This document shows positions 38,912-52,427 of a stretch of DNA of 64,000 nucleotides, piece after piece. A program made the position numbers and the translations under genes. Each line of letters opens with the position of its first letter. The stretch's first letter is position 1. The stretch comes from Octopus vulgaris (taxonomy: Eukaryota), in NCBI GenBank assembly GCA_951406725.2, contig OX597825.1:48732001-48796000 (forward strand). Reading direction: 5' to 3'. Below the pieces are notes generated by a model. The model ran no database searches. It was given only the letters and a program-made list of their open reading frames with translations, and was not told the DNA's origin.

Positions 38912-40332
38912 GTTCAAATATAATTATGCAAACAGTTTGAGGAACAGCTATTAACTGTGGAGCGTTTAGATTTTCAATTTACTACATATTAAATTAAAAA
39001 CTAAAACATTTCTTCAAAAACCATTTTTCACCGTAGACATAGCAACAATCTTAGACCAATACTTTAATGCTTTGTTGCAGTCATCAGCGGACACACCTGT
39101 GTGTATTTTATATACAGCCCAACAGTTTAATACTACGTCACAACTTCCATTACATAAACACAGACACACACACACTTCAAACGCAGACTAACATTTTCTT
39201 TCTGTGTCACCTAATTTCACACAAACATAGAATACAACCATAAAGTGCATAACAGCACAATTGTACGTGAAGTCAATTGCTTATTTCCTGTCCTACATGT
39301 TTATAACTATTCCGATTCAATGCTCGTAACGAATAACTGGAATGAAAGACAACAATGCTACGAAACAAACTCTGGAGTACTTGAAGGGGTTGATCTGGAA
39401 ACCTAGAAAAGATGATCAATGATTAACCATAATTTCCTGCACGTCGACAAGGGTCGAAACGCCCAAGGAAATTTGAACACCACTCGCTGTGTGAAATTGT
39501 GTGGGCATGTTTATGTGTATGCAAGCGGTGTGATGTATTTGTATAGTTACAGACATAGACAAATGTTATAATCTTACAAAGTGATAAGGAATATGTGTAA
39601 TAGTTTCTCGTAAGGGACACTCATTTCCCAGTAAATGGTGCACTAAAATGATGCATAACTGAACGTGTCTTCATCTGAAAAAATTCTAAAATTGCGACGG
39701 CTAACTTGTGGCACTAAATGAGAATGACGGAACGGCTTATTAATATCTATAAATGTTTCATCGTTCCATAAAGGATGTGTTAATTTAATGAGTTATGTAA
39801 ACAATTACTCTGATATTAGTAAACGGTTATCATGTGTTTGAGGCTTGCCTAAACGCATAAAACGAATTTTCATTCACATGATCGGAAATTGACATGCCAT
39901 CATCTCGACAAAGATATAAAATTTATTATCAAACCGATCATAAGAGCTCACAGCCACATTAAATAGTCGACATAGGAAAACAAACGACGTCCTAATTTTG
40001 TAAAATTTCTCCAGCGTGGAATATACGGTTTTAAAAATACTAGGAGTCTAAGCTGCACTGGTGTTATTTTTCGAAAATTTTGATTAAATGCTATTGTTGA
40101 AGTTTTTATCGAAGAGTTTTGTCTTCTAATTTCAAGCTAACCTTAAACGTAATTTTTCAACTCATTACAATAGAGAAGTGAGACTGACCCATATTATGTG
40201 TAATTAATATGCAGAACGTCTCACGTATACATTCATAGAGTAGCTTGGATCAACTAACAATGCAGACAACCAAGATGGGGCCTATTGGATAGATGTCCAC
40301 AATAACAATGAGTGGCTTAGAGTAATAGAGAA

Positions 40333-40400
40333 ATGATGCTAATGACGATGATAACGACGACTATGGTAATGATGATGATGATGATGATGACGATGATGAA

Positions 40401-40448
<48 letters not shown>

Positions 40449-40505
40449 AATGGTGATGATGATGATGATGAGGATGATGATAATGAGGATGATAGTAATA
40501 ATAAT
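40333..40505. repeat. (ATG)n microsatellite grading into (ATA)n
   Basis: Direct reading. Confidence 0.95.
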
Positions 40506-41143
40506 AAGAAAGAAGGAAAGAAAGAAAGAAAATGAACGCAGTAGACGAAATAGAAAAAGTAAGCAACAGAAGAAAAAGAAATAGAAGACTATAATATTAA
40601 AGACTGTAGTGAAAAGAAATGACTGGAAGTTCTCTCAGTGCTTGATTTCTTGGAACCAGCGATTCTTCAAGTAAACGCAATTTATGTTTATCAGTGTGTG
40701 AAGAAATTTATGGCCTGTTCTTTTATAAAACGAGAGATAGCATATGTCCTCTCTTAAGATTAATTTCTTATGCCACAAGAAGTGGTGCACTGGCTGTTGC
40801 TTATCGGGTCGAAAATCTTGGCTTGAAGTAAAGCACATCCCCACATATTAATGAGAGTGAGAGGTACACAAATTCACACATTAATAGATATATACATAAA
40901 CACATGCGTACGCATTCAGATATCTACATACAAACACATATATATTCGTATATATACAAATACACATACTCAAACATATAAGTAAGCATATATAATACAC
41001 ACCTGATTGCTATAGCAACACCTTTCTGCGCATGTCCAGCCCACACACACATATCGGCAACATTCGTCAATTTCTTGAAAATGGGGTCATAAAATCGAAA
41101 TATAAGGTAAGTGTACATTAATTTACATATTTGTTTTCTTGTG

Positions 41144-41182
<39 letters not shown>

Positions 41183-41596
41183 TGTATGTGTATTTTAAGT
41201 TATACAAATATCAAGGAAAACATAAACAAATAGTACCAGGGTAGCAAAAATTCACATAAGTGCCAAGGTTATTTACACCCTAAAAGGTAGAAATTCCAGG
41301 TTTAAGTGGAAATGGTGTCTAACGCATTTGGCTCCATTTCTTAATTTATTCATAATTTATCCAAAATTGTAACAATAACCTGTTACTTTTCCTTAAATTT
41401 TTCTACTTGTTGAATCATTCATTCATAAAATTTACAGACAACATAGACAAAAAATTCTTCTTAAGAAAAAAACGTATTTAAATAAATTTTAATCTTATGA
41501 ATAGCGAAAGCGAAACCGGTCGACAAACACAATACAAGATATATAAAAAAGTATATTAAAACTATGTAAAGTGTGTGCATTTTCCTTCTTTAATTT

Positions 41597-41629
<33 letters not shown>

Positions 41630-41637
<8 letters not shown>

Positions 41638-42129
41638 ATATTTCGGAATGGTCATATTGCCAGTTTAGCCAATAAAAACACACGCACTATATATTTGGTG
41701 TTATTTTGCTTCAGTGATATTTATTTTTTACATTAATCTTAATCTTATTTCGGCCAAAGTTCTTTCGTCACACTCCTGTGACCGCATCAGTGGTCCTTTG
41801 TTTTCTTCTCACTTACTTGTGTCTCTCCTTACTAACCGTCAGCCATTTTGTATTTCTATTGTATGACGGTTAGTAAGGAGAGACACAAGTAAGTGAGAAG
41901 AAAACAAAGGACCACTGATGGGGTCACAGGAGTGTGACGAAAGAACTTTGGCTGAAATAAGATTAAGATTAATGTAAAAAATAAATATCACTGAAGCAAA
42001 ATAACACCAAATATATAGTGCGTGTGTTTTTATTGGCTAAACTGGCAATATGACCATTCCGAAATATAACAATATCTGTTTCAACACACGACTTCACATA
42101 AAAAATCTTGCACAACAAATATTTAAACG

Positions 42130-42130
<1 letters not shown>
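41630..42130. mobile_element. ~212 bp-arm palindrome inside (TA)n with an HHR-like motif in each arm
   Basis: 41630-41841 is the reverse complement of 41864-42075 (2 mismatches seen), with a 22 nt loop; right arm extends ~55 nt further before (TA)n. Confidence 0.85.
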
Positions 42131-42207
<77 letters not shown>

Positions 42208-42299
42208 TGTGTGTGCGCACGCGTCTGTGTATGTGCGTGCACTCCTCTATATATATATGACCATATATATATATATAGCACATCAGGATCAAACATAAA

Positions 42300-43230
42300 T
42301 TTACGTACAATGCGAATATCAGCTAAAGAGCGATATCAATGTAGGATACTGCAAATATACTGTATATATGTGGATAAAAATGTGTTTAAAAGTGAAAGAT
42401 TGTGCAAAAAGCACAAACATTGTACAAAATGTATTTCAAATGTAAATGCCAGTTATATACCAATTACTTCTGTAAATATAAGCAGTGCAAACATTACAAA
42501 ATCTAAATGTAATCTTGCCAAATTACCGAATTGCAAAACAAATAATTTGTGAGTACTGACATACAGAAATATATGCAACTGGGTTTAGAGTGTCGGAGTC
42601 TAAAATCTCAAAAATATTCACAATTTCAAATTTACAAATGACAACTTGTCAATAAGGAAAAGAGATTGTTACAAAATTAATTTTTGCGTGTAAGCAGCAA
42701 GGTATTAAACATAATTGAAAAAGCGAAAATTTTTGTTGTTCTTAGATGGAATATTATAAAACCACAAATATTTATATCACGAAATTTTAAGATAAAGAAA
42801 TGCAGGATTGAAGATTGTGATATAGAAATGTTAGAGTATGTCGTTCCCTGTATGTGGATGAGCGCCCTGATGCGCAATAGTTATTGGGGTTTGAGCATGC
42901 AAGAGGATGTAAGTTCGATTTTGATTTATGATTTTGCTTGTAATAACGTGGAAAAGTCTTGACTGTACCGTTGGCAAGTACCATTTTGCATGTAAACCTT
43001 TTGTGTGGTATATAATCACCCATTTAATATTGCATTTGGTGTTCGGTTAGGTTTTCACATGAGAATACGTAAAGAAAGTGGTGTAAGCTTTTTTTAAATA
43101 TGCTTCTGAATTAGTGGACGAATTGGTGGGACCGAAATTTTAAAGTAGTATCTGTTAGACAGATCTAGAGTTTGCTTCTGTGCCAGAAATTTTGTGAAGA
43201 TTTCTGTTTGGTAAGCGATGGATTTTTAAG
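42300..43230 (-). mobile_element. Highly decayed CR1/L2-type RT C-terminus
   Basis: HFLYVFSCENLTEHQ weakly resembles KFLGV.IDENLTW..H; many stops. Confidence 0.3.
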
Positions 43231-43434
43231 CCATAACTTCTCGATTATCAAACAGTGTGTTTAGTGTATGTTGTGTGGCCAGCAACTAGGGGACCTTCTC
43301 AACTGGCTACGGTCAAAAGCAAACCGAACATGCAAATTTGTGGTCTTGAGCTGTAGCCCATCTTTTATACTAAGACAAAATAATCTACATAACACTTCCA
43401 ATCAGTTAAGATCGGAAACCATGAGAGCCACTGC

Positions 43435-43470
<36 letters not shown>

Positions 43471-43473
<3 letters not shown>

Positions 43474-44020
43474 TAGTTTTATTTTTATTTTTATAGCGTG
43501 CTTTCACTTCACTACCGAGCGCAGCTCTGTGTGCCTTGGGTATGTGCTGTGATTTGTTGTGATGCTCTGATGGTTATTGTATGGAAAGTGTTCTGCGTAG
43601 GATGTGTGCAGTGCCTAGTAGTGCAATTTTCTGTATGTTATATGTGTTTGTAAGTCCTGGTGTTTTTGTTATGTATTTGTCTGAATATTTTTTTATCATG
43701 CCTAATGCACCTACTATGATAGGAATTGTTTCTGTTTTCAGATTCCACATTCTAGTTACCTCTATTTCCAGGTCTTTGTATTTTGAGAGTTTCTCCATTT
43801 CTTTTAGAGACACGTTGTCATCTGCCGGTACTGATACATCAATTAGAAAGCATTTTTTTTCTTCATGGTCTCTGACAACTATATCTGGTCTGTTGGCCTT
43901 AATTTCTCTATCTGTGTGTATCGGCATATCCCAGAGTATGGTTGCTTTCTCGTTTTCTGTGACCTTTTCTGGTGTGTGCCTATACCATCTTTTTTCTGTT
44001 GTTATTCCATAATGTTGGCA

Positions 44021-44022
<2 letters not shown>
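43471..44022 (-). mobile_element. Young 5'-truncated R4/Dong non-LTR element in (TAA)n
   Basis: Open RLE domain ILWD.PIHTD..IKANRPDIV...LIDVSVP.D.N...KE.EK..KYKDL..IVGALG..LGTAHILRR; stop at 43574; ~100 nt 3'UTR; (TAA)n on both sides. Confidence 0.93.
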
Positions 44023-44089
<67 letters not shown>

Positions 44090-44115
44090 CATTATTGTTA
44101 TTATCATTATTATTA

Positions 44116-44151
<36 letters not shown>

Positions 44152-44183
44152 CATTATTGTTATTATCATTATTATTATTATTA

Positions 44184-44262
<79 letters not shown>

Positions 44263-44267
44263 CATTA

Positions 44268-44352
<85 letters not shown>
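44023..44352. repeat. (TTA)n microsatellite
   Basis: Direct reading. Confidence 0.97.
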
Positions 44353-44354
<2 letters not shown>

Positions 44355-44355
<1 letters not shown>

Positions 44356-46960
44356 ACATTTATTAGTTTCAGGCAAATTTCTACTGCATCAGCTACTACA
44401 CCTCCAAACTGCTGGTATGTGTGCAGCATGGTGCGTTCTTGGGTGGTTGGGGGAGTGAAAACTCTTCCCAGTATTGTATTGTGTCAGCTTGTTTTTTTAA
44501 AGGGGTCTAGTTACAGTCTCTTGTTGTCTTAGTGTTTGAATCGTGTTTTGTATGTGTAATGTGAGATCTGTTCTTCTGTCGGGCATCTAGTTAGTTGGTA
44601 GTTGTTAATTTTATCGGATATTTGCTATGTAGCGTATGATTGAGGATAGTTTTGTTAGGGCTGAAGTATGGAACTGATATTGTCTTACGCAGGATGTATG
44701 CTATTCCTAGAAGAGTAAGATTTTTTTGTGATAGTATGTAGTGTCGAGACTCCAAGTATATCTTCTACGTTTTTGCTCGTGTGTTTTTTCTTATCATGCT
44801 CAGTGTTCCAGTTATTGCTGGTATTGTTTCCACCTTCATGTCCCACATCTTGAATACTGCAGCTTTGAGGTATTTGTACTGTGACAGTTTCTCTACTTCT
44901 TTTTGAGCAATATTTTAATCAGAAGGGACTGCAATGTCTATCAGTATGCTGGTGTTTTTAGCTTTTCTTTTCCAGTCCTTGATTATAATATCTGGGAAAT
45001 TAGCTTCTATTTCTTTGCTAGTTTGAACAGATGGCTGTGGTCTGGTCTGGTCATTGTCACGTATCTTGTTTGGTGTATGTTTTTTACCATTTCTTGTCAG
45101 TTTTTGTTGTAATTTTGGCATATTTTCCAGTAGATATAACTACTTACTCGGTCATGTCTTCATATATATTCAGATTTGGCAAGGACTGGACAGCCAGAGA
45201 TAATGTAGTCAACTGCCTCTGTTTTGGTTGAACATTCTACACTTGGTGTTAGAGCCTGTTTTCATTATTTTGCTTTTATAGTTGTTTGTGATCAGACATT
45301 GGGCTTGTGCAGCGAGAATCAGTCCTTCCGTTTCAACTTTTAACCAGAGCTTTTGAACCATTATTGACTTTTACTTAGGATCACTTCTTCTGTCAAGCCT
45401 TGCTGAGTATTGGTCATGGAGTGATTTTTCTCTCCATTTTTTCTTAAGTATGCTTTGCAGTTATGGTTTCATGTTGTTTTCTTTTTTTTGTTTCTTCAAC
45501 CATTTCTGTTATGTTGTCATCTGAGATCAGTATATTACTGTAGCTTGCTTCCGTTTTGTATTTTGTTTCCCTCTTTTTTTAGAAAGAAGCGCTTCTTTTT
45601 CTCGTGTTGCTTTATTACATTACACTTATTGTTTCTAACTACTTTTCTAGTCCAAATGTTGTTATTTTATAGTACTTCTCTATTTGTATCAGGCCACGAC
45701 CTCCTTCTGAGGGGGTAGATATATTCTCTGTGTCTGCTTTGGGGTGGTGACTTCGGTATGCTGTTAATCGTTTTCTGGTTTTTCTATTTAAGTTTCTCAA
45801 TTCATTGATCTTCTAGTTTACTATGTCGAGGCTGTAATTTATGACTAGTATGGCTAGCGTGTTTATCGCTATTATCTTATTTTCAGCATTGACTTCAATG
45901 CTTGATATTAGTCTAACTCTTCTGTAATACGCTATTCTAATTTTCGCTTTTATTTTTGTGTATTTTATTTTAGTTGTTTTGTCTATTCCTAGATATTTGT
46001 ATGGACGAGTGTGGTCTAATTCTCTTATTCCTGTGTCTATGCCGGATGTTGTGTTTTCAGTGCTGATTAACTTGTCTACTCTCAGTGTCACTTTGACACA
46101 CATGTTCAACCCCATATTCATCCCAATATCCTTGCAGAAACTATGGACAATTTTTAGGTTTCTCTGTTCCGAGGTATTTTTAGGGAGTATTTTAAAACCA
46201 TCCATGTATAGGAGATGGTTTATTGTTTATCCACAGTGTCTATAAACCGTGGTGGTTTCGTTTAACAAGTTTGTTAGCGCGGTCAGAGCAAAACCAAAAT
46301 GCAGGGGTGACAACGAGTCTCCTCGGAAAATCCTTATTATTATTAAGCTACTTCATGCTAATTTAATGAGTAGGAAAGTCAAGAATCTTTCTTAGGATTC
46401 TTGCAGAATACAGGATGGTACTTTTCTGCAGTATGACAATACGAGTGTCAATTCCAATATCTTTCATTCTCGTAGATAGCATTTTGGGTGTTGTGCAATT
46501 ATCACAGGAATAATTCTTGTCTTAGTCTTCCATAGTGTCCTCAACTCTGTTAACATAAGAAATTGCAAAGTCTATGATCCTACAGTGTGCGTTAATTTTG
46601 TCCCCTGTAATAACATCTGGTCTGCTTGCTTCAATAAGATGGTCAGTTTTTATAGAGAAGTCCCGTAAAATCCTATAATTCTCATCCTCTACGACAACCT
46701 CTCGTTCTACTAGATTCCTGTTATTTCGAAGTCACACATCCAGCAAGCATCCTAATGCACTCTTTTACTTATGTAGACATTCCTGCGAATAAACTCTTTT
46801 TGTGCTGTATTATCACATTCACTCAAGAGATGATTGATGTTTTCGCCTCCTTTTCTTCAGATTCATTTGCTGTCCGGCTGAGGTTGATTTTTGCCTTGTC
46901 AGATTCCTTCGAATGACCTGTTCCTGAGTGATTATTTTATTATAGTTATTAATATTATAA
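44355..46960 (-). mobile_element. Older, longer R4/Dong element (RT + RLE), decayed
   Basis: IFRGDSLSPL.F, HLLYMD, FCKDIGM.MGL..C, PYKYLGI, NKIIAINTLAI.VI.YS, LKVETEGLILAAQ.Q, PDII..ILIDIAVP. AAT repeats at both ends. Confidence 0.88.
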
Positions 46961-47000
46961 TCATTATTATTATTATTAAAAAGTAGTAGTAGTAGTAGTG

Positions 47001-47057
<57 letters not shown>

Positions 47058-47194
47058 GTATTAGTAGTAGTATTAGTAGTAGTATTAGTAGTAGTAGTAG
47101 GAGGAGGAGGAGGAGGAGAGGAAGAAGAAGAAGAAGAAGAAGAAGAAGAAGAAGAAGAAGAAGAAGAAGAAGAAGAAGAAGAAGAAGAAGAAGA
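46960..47194. repeat. Compound trinucleotide microsatellite (TTA)-(AGT)-(AGG)-(AAG)
   Basis: Direct reading. Confidence 0.95.
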
Positions 47195-48112
47195 TACGAA
47201 CGGAAATTGAAGGTGGGGAGAAAGGGAAGGGAAAAATAATGTTGGAGTTCGTAGAGAAAAGAAATGGCTGAGAGAGCTCTCAATACTTGATTGTATTCAA
47301 CGAGCGATTTTAGATGTAAACATGAATTATGTTTATCAGGGTGTGAAGAAGTTTATGATCTGTTTTGATAATATTGGACATATCATACGTTCTCTCTTAT
47401 GATTAATTGCTTATGCTCCATCAGTGTGCATTGGCAGTCTTTTATTGGTTTCAACGTTGTGTTGTGAGGCACAAGTGCATATATAAATACGCAATGATAT
47501 ATACACATATATTCAAATATACACATACATATGTAGACATAAAGTGCAAACACATATATATACACACACGTATACATATATATTAAACAACTACATGCTT
47601 ACACAGGCATTTTAATATTTTTGTTATAATAATAGGAATATTTCATAAACTTAATCCTATAGACTATTCAAAGTAAATAACATGAAACTTAGTTACAATT
47701 ATCTTCTCCACACATATTGCCAGCATCAACGCTAAAATTTTATTTGACCACTCTGCCTCCGACATGCACTAACCACACAAACAAACACACATGTACACGT
47801 GCACGTATGCATACCCATGTTGTCTATATATAAAGTTATGGTGGTCTGTTATAAGTTTATATAAGAAAAGGATTTCAATGTAAAAGGTGAACAATTGGGA
47901 AAACTAGATTCTCATTCGATGAATGTCTTAAGTACATCCTTAGATTATGAAACTATAAATAACAGAATGATATACATTGAGGTATAATCAATAAATTAAG
48001 CATTTTCATCTTCCACGTATAGAATTATTTTGTATATTCTTCTAGCCTTTACCCGAATCTAGGATCTCAAAAACGCTCTGATGTGTTTGTGCGTGAGTTC
48101 GCGTGCTCGTCT

Positions 48113-48239
48113 TATGTATGTATGTATGTATGTATGTATGTATGTATGTATGTATGTATGTATGTATGTATGTATGCATGTATGCATGTATGTATGTATG
48201 TATGTATGTATGTATGTATGTATGTATGTATGTATGTAT
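48113..48239. repeat. (TATG)n microsatellite
   Basis: Direct reading. Confidence 0.97.
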
Positions 48240-48403
48240 CTATCTATCTAGTTATCTGGTAGGAATGCAGTACAAAACCCGACCTTGAAGCTACCTACAC
48301 TCTTGAATTGTAGTCTCAAGTAAACTCGAAATTCTTCTGGTGTAGAAAATCCAGGTGTCATATCTGTTCAACCATCGTGTGGGTATCTCAAAGAGTAAAG
48401 TAT

Positions 48404-48691
48404 TATCCAAATAAGAGGAAAAATAAATAGTTTAGCGCATCATTAATGACCAGTTATAATTGTTACTATACCTGTGCCGTACTTAGAATGGTACGTCATG
48501 AGACAGAATCAAAGCTCCCCTTTCACATTATGCCCCTTGTGAGATTGCAGTTTATGGTGCACGTCATCAGTGAGAGGAGAACCTCAAATATTACGTAATT
48601 TTTTACATTGAATTTTGCGTGCAATGGTACAGTAAATATTATAGATGGTCATTAATGATATGTTAAGCTCATTGTCTTTTCATTTGGATTA
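48404..48691. mobile_element. MITE with ~65 bp imperfect TIRs
   Basis: atccaaat..catcattaatgacca..ttactatacc vs ggtacagtaa..tggtcattaatgat..atttggat. Confidence 0.7.
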
Positions 48692-49065
48692 TACATATAC
48701 ATACCCTTTCGGCTTAATAATTGCAAAAGGTTAGTCTGATTAAGATCTTTATATAGAAAATAATTTATTGACCTTTATAAGCACTTTTCTATTTCTTTTT
48801 CTTTTTTGTTCTCTTTACTCTTTTCTTTTGATCTAATTGTCTTGGATCCTGTCTCTTTCACTCTATCGCTATTCTTAGGGCATATCTTAGGTATTACTAC
48901 TTCTTTTCTTTTTAATTCTTTTTACTTCTTTTATGGGTTCTTCTTATACCTATAGATAAAATTATCTTATTCTGCTTCTAGGAGGGGATTTCCTCCCGCT
49001 CAAATTCCTAAATTTATTTCCTCCGTACGTTCTTAAATCTTCCTTGATAATGCTTTTCTGTGTAC

Positions 49066-49183
<118 letters not shown>

Positions 49184-49214
49184 ACAAATGAAGTGTTTTC
49201 CCAAATAAAATTGC

Positions 49215-49316
49215 TCTTCATCTTTGAAGTTCCGATGAAGCTATAGGATGATGCACAAGAAACTAACTATAAACACATTACATCTTATAGTAGAAACAGC
49301 TGTAACCAAAGGAAGA
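49215..49316 (+). ncRNA. Degenerate type I HHR (one core substitution)
   Basis: CCGATGA (49232-49238), stem II ctataggatg/catcttatag, GAAAC-agct-GTA (49293-49304), imperfect stem I. Confidence 0.55.
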
Positions 49317-49482
49317 CCATGACAATTTCTTATGCCTTAGTCATTCTAATTTCTAATATGTAAACACACACACGCGCGCATATATACTGTCAATATATAA
49401 ATGAAAAAAGAAACTTTATGCAAGTGTGAATGTGTGTGTGTGCATTCGTGCGTGTGTTGTGTGTGTATGTGTGTGTTTGTAC

Positions 49483-49518
<36 letters not shown>

Positions 49519-49519
49519 A

Positions 49520-49660
49520 ATAGAATTCCAAAGCATCTATTCCAAGGAGAACTATATTCTAGAAGAATGACTAGCTACTTCAGATACAATCTCACAAAAA
49601 GTGAAATTCCTGTGGCCAGTTGGGAAATAATTGCATTGATGTATATTAAAAAGGAATGCA
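49520..49660 (+). mobile_element. RTE 3' fragment
   Basis: RIPKHLFQGEL..IPVASWEIIA. Confidence 0.55.
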
Positions 49661-49785
49661 CTAAACATGCATACACCTCTCTTTTTCGCACAGTAATAGT
49701 GTTGTGTGGAAGTAAAACACTCCTATTGGTTGGCTCCTAATGGACTGTACCACAATATAATTGGACATACGCAGAGATTCATTTG

Positions 49786-52427
49786 AGCAGAGTAAACCCA
49801 AGAGTTAAAATGTTATTGCGGTTTCGCCTTTCGGACTTGCTTTTTGATTGACTTTCTTTTACCCAGTTGGAGGTAAAGAATTTTGAAATGGAATCTTCGC
49901 CAGAACACGTCGAGAGTTATGCATCGGCGGCGAGTAGTCGCGTGACAAACGCTACAAACACATTGGAAGTGCGAGAAGTAGCAATAGACCTCCAGAAGAT
50001 TGGAAGTCACGGGGAGCTGCTCCAGAAGGTGGGGGAAAACCTGAGACTGACGCCTCCAGAGGAAATGACCAATAGTACCAGGCAAAAGACAGTGTGCTAC
50101 ACAGCAAAAAATTGAGATAGCGACGGAGGAGGCTATAGAAAAATGTCTAGAAAATGTGAAAAGTGTAACCACCTACCACACCAAAGGAAGAAAGTACAGC
50201 ACAGTGGAGGTGAGATTTACCACAGAAAAAGAGGCAATGAATCACTCCACTATACCGCTGAGATCACAGGAATGGGTGCTCCCACCAACCTACTGCGGCA
50301 AAATAAACGCATACAAAACACACAGAGTCACAAAATGCCTCGAAAACACAAGGCTCACATTATGGCATACGCCAAAAGCACGGCAATCAAAGGCATGATT
50401 ACCAAGTTTAAGTCGGTAATCAGAGTAAGATAGCCGGCTGAGGCGAACCCGAAATACACTAAGCGCAGATTAATCGACACAGAAAAATACACAAAATTAA
50501 AAGAAATATTTGGTCCACTCATTGACCTGTTAGGTTAGGAAGTAGAATACGTTACCCCACCTCCGGTCGTAGATTACAAAGACATAATACAATACCTGAG
50601 ATAGTAAATGCAGTAAGTAAAATTTGTAATGATGAAAATTTGATAAAAACTGGAAACAAAAATAGTTAAATCTAACCACCTGATAGTGGGGCTCCAGTGG
50701 CCATTTTACCATCATTTTTTTCACAGTTTCACCTTTCATCCGTTTCATGTTTTTTGTCTCCACTTGTATTGTTCTATCTGTCCGTACGCCGTCCACTCTG
50801 TGTTTCGGGCCTCTGTGCCTAATAAAAAATTAGTAGAGTAAAGTCGAGAGTTGGATTGTTATTGCGGTTTCCCCTACGGGCTTGTTTTTGATGGATTTTC
50901 TTATCCCCAATTTAGGGTAAAGAATTTTGAAATGGAGTGTTCGCCAGAACACGTCGAGAGTTATGCGTCGGCGGCGGGTAGTCGTGAGACCAACGCTACA
51001 AACATTTTGGAGGTGCGAGATGGAGAAATAGACCTCCAGAAGATTGGAAGTCACAGGGAATTGCTCCAGAAGGAGTGGGACGAATCTAAGACTGACCCCT
51101 CCGGAGGAAGTGAATAATAGTACTAGGAGAAGAACAGTGTTCGGCAAAACGCTCTTCTTATCCAGCAAGAAAATTGAGATTGTAGCGGAGGAGGTTATTG
51201 AAAATGCCTAGAAATCGTAAAAAGTGTAGCGACTTACTACACTAGAGGAAGAAATACGGCACAGTGTAGGTGAGATTGCCACGGAAGAAAAGGTAATCAA
51301 TCCCTCCACTGTACCTCTGAGATCACAGGAATGGGTGCTCCCGTCAACCTACTGCGGCAATAGCGACGCGAGAATCAGGGCTTGCAGAGAGCCGCCATAA
51401 ATAGAGGAAGCAATGTTAGTGGCAGCCATAACTTATGAATCGGAAGAAATCAAAATATTGCAAGTCTCAAGAACTAAGAAGCTGAATTGATAGAGTTATG
51501 GCCTGGAAATGGTGGTCCAGGCCACCCAAGAAGATTTGAATGCGATAACGGAGGAAATACTTCTGCCGGAAGATAAGAAATTGAGAGTGGTAGTGGATGG
51601 TCGTCCACCCACCTGCTACCACTGCAATGTGAAGGGAAACATGAAAGCAAAGTACCCTGAGCTAAGTAACGAAACAAGTGAATACCAACGTAAATCAGAG
51701 AGAGATACCAAGACAGCAGCCCCAATCATGGAAGAAAATACGGAAGATACACACAAAGAAGGATTCTTTGAAGTTCCAAAAAGAAAGTGAGATGTGGCAG
51801 CAGTGTAACCCCCGAAATCTACTAAAAAGAAAAAATTAAGACTGAAGATGACACACAATCATTTTACAGACTAGACATACTCACACAGTATACACAACAA
51901 GTAGAAACACCAAAAAATAGTGATACCACCCCGGTTATTAATACAGACCTAATGCAGAGAGACAAAACACACAGACCCCAAAACTCCCCCGAAAACACAA
52001 GGCTCACATTTGCTGGTTGAGGCGAATCCGGAATACACCAAACGCATATTAATCGGCAGAGAAAAATACTCAAGATTAAAAGAAATATTTGGTACACTAA
52101 TTGACCCGTTAGAAGCTGGGGTAGGATATGGTGCCCTGCTTCCGATTGTAGATTACAAAGACATAATGCAGTAAGTGAACTAGTAAATACAGTAAGTAAA
52201 TTCTAAATGATGAAAATTTGAAAAAAACTTAAAACAGAAATATTTAAATGTAACCACCCGAGAATAGAGTTCGAGTGGCCATTTCTCCTTCATTATTATA
52301 TAATTTCACCTTTCATCCGTTTCATGTTTGGTGCCCACTTGTATTGTTCTGTCTGTCCTTGTGCCGTCCTCTCAGTGTTTGGGCCTTTGTGCCTGATAAA
52401 GAATTAAGCAGATTAAAGCCGAAAGTT
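49786..52427 (+). mobile_element. Two head-to-tail ORF1-only L1/Tx1-like units
   Basis: Units ~49807-50831 (internally deleted) and ~50853-52406 share 5' and 3' ends. ORF1-like SYASAA..VEVRFTTEKEAM..LRVVVDGRPPTCYHCNVKG (degenerate CCHC knuckle). Each ends in A(G)ATAAA. No APE or RT. Confidence 0.7.

Noticed and set aside
39431-39474. HHR-like hairpin gac-aagg-gtc-GAAAC within tttcc/ggaaa
   Set aside because: CUGANGA and the cleavage triplet are both missing; too degenerate to call.
40333-40584. Poly-Met / poly-His ORFs
   Set aside because: (ATG)n microsatellite; no splice context.
40620-40860. TTTATGG Hox/Cdx-like motif in unique DNA (others at ~21.5, 22.0, 38.5 and 48.5 kb)
   Set aside because: Short AT-rich motifs are expected by chance; no conservation data.
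43574-44532. Long poly-N/I/Y/L ORFs, including the 261 aa one fused to the RLE domain
   Set aside because: Products of the (TTA)n tract; only the Dong portion is real coding sequence.
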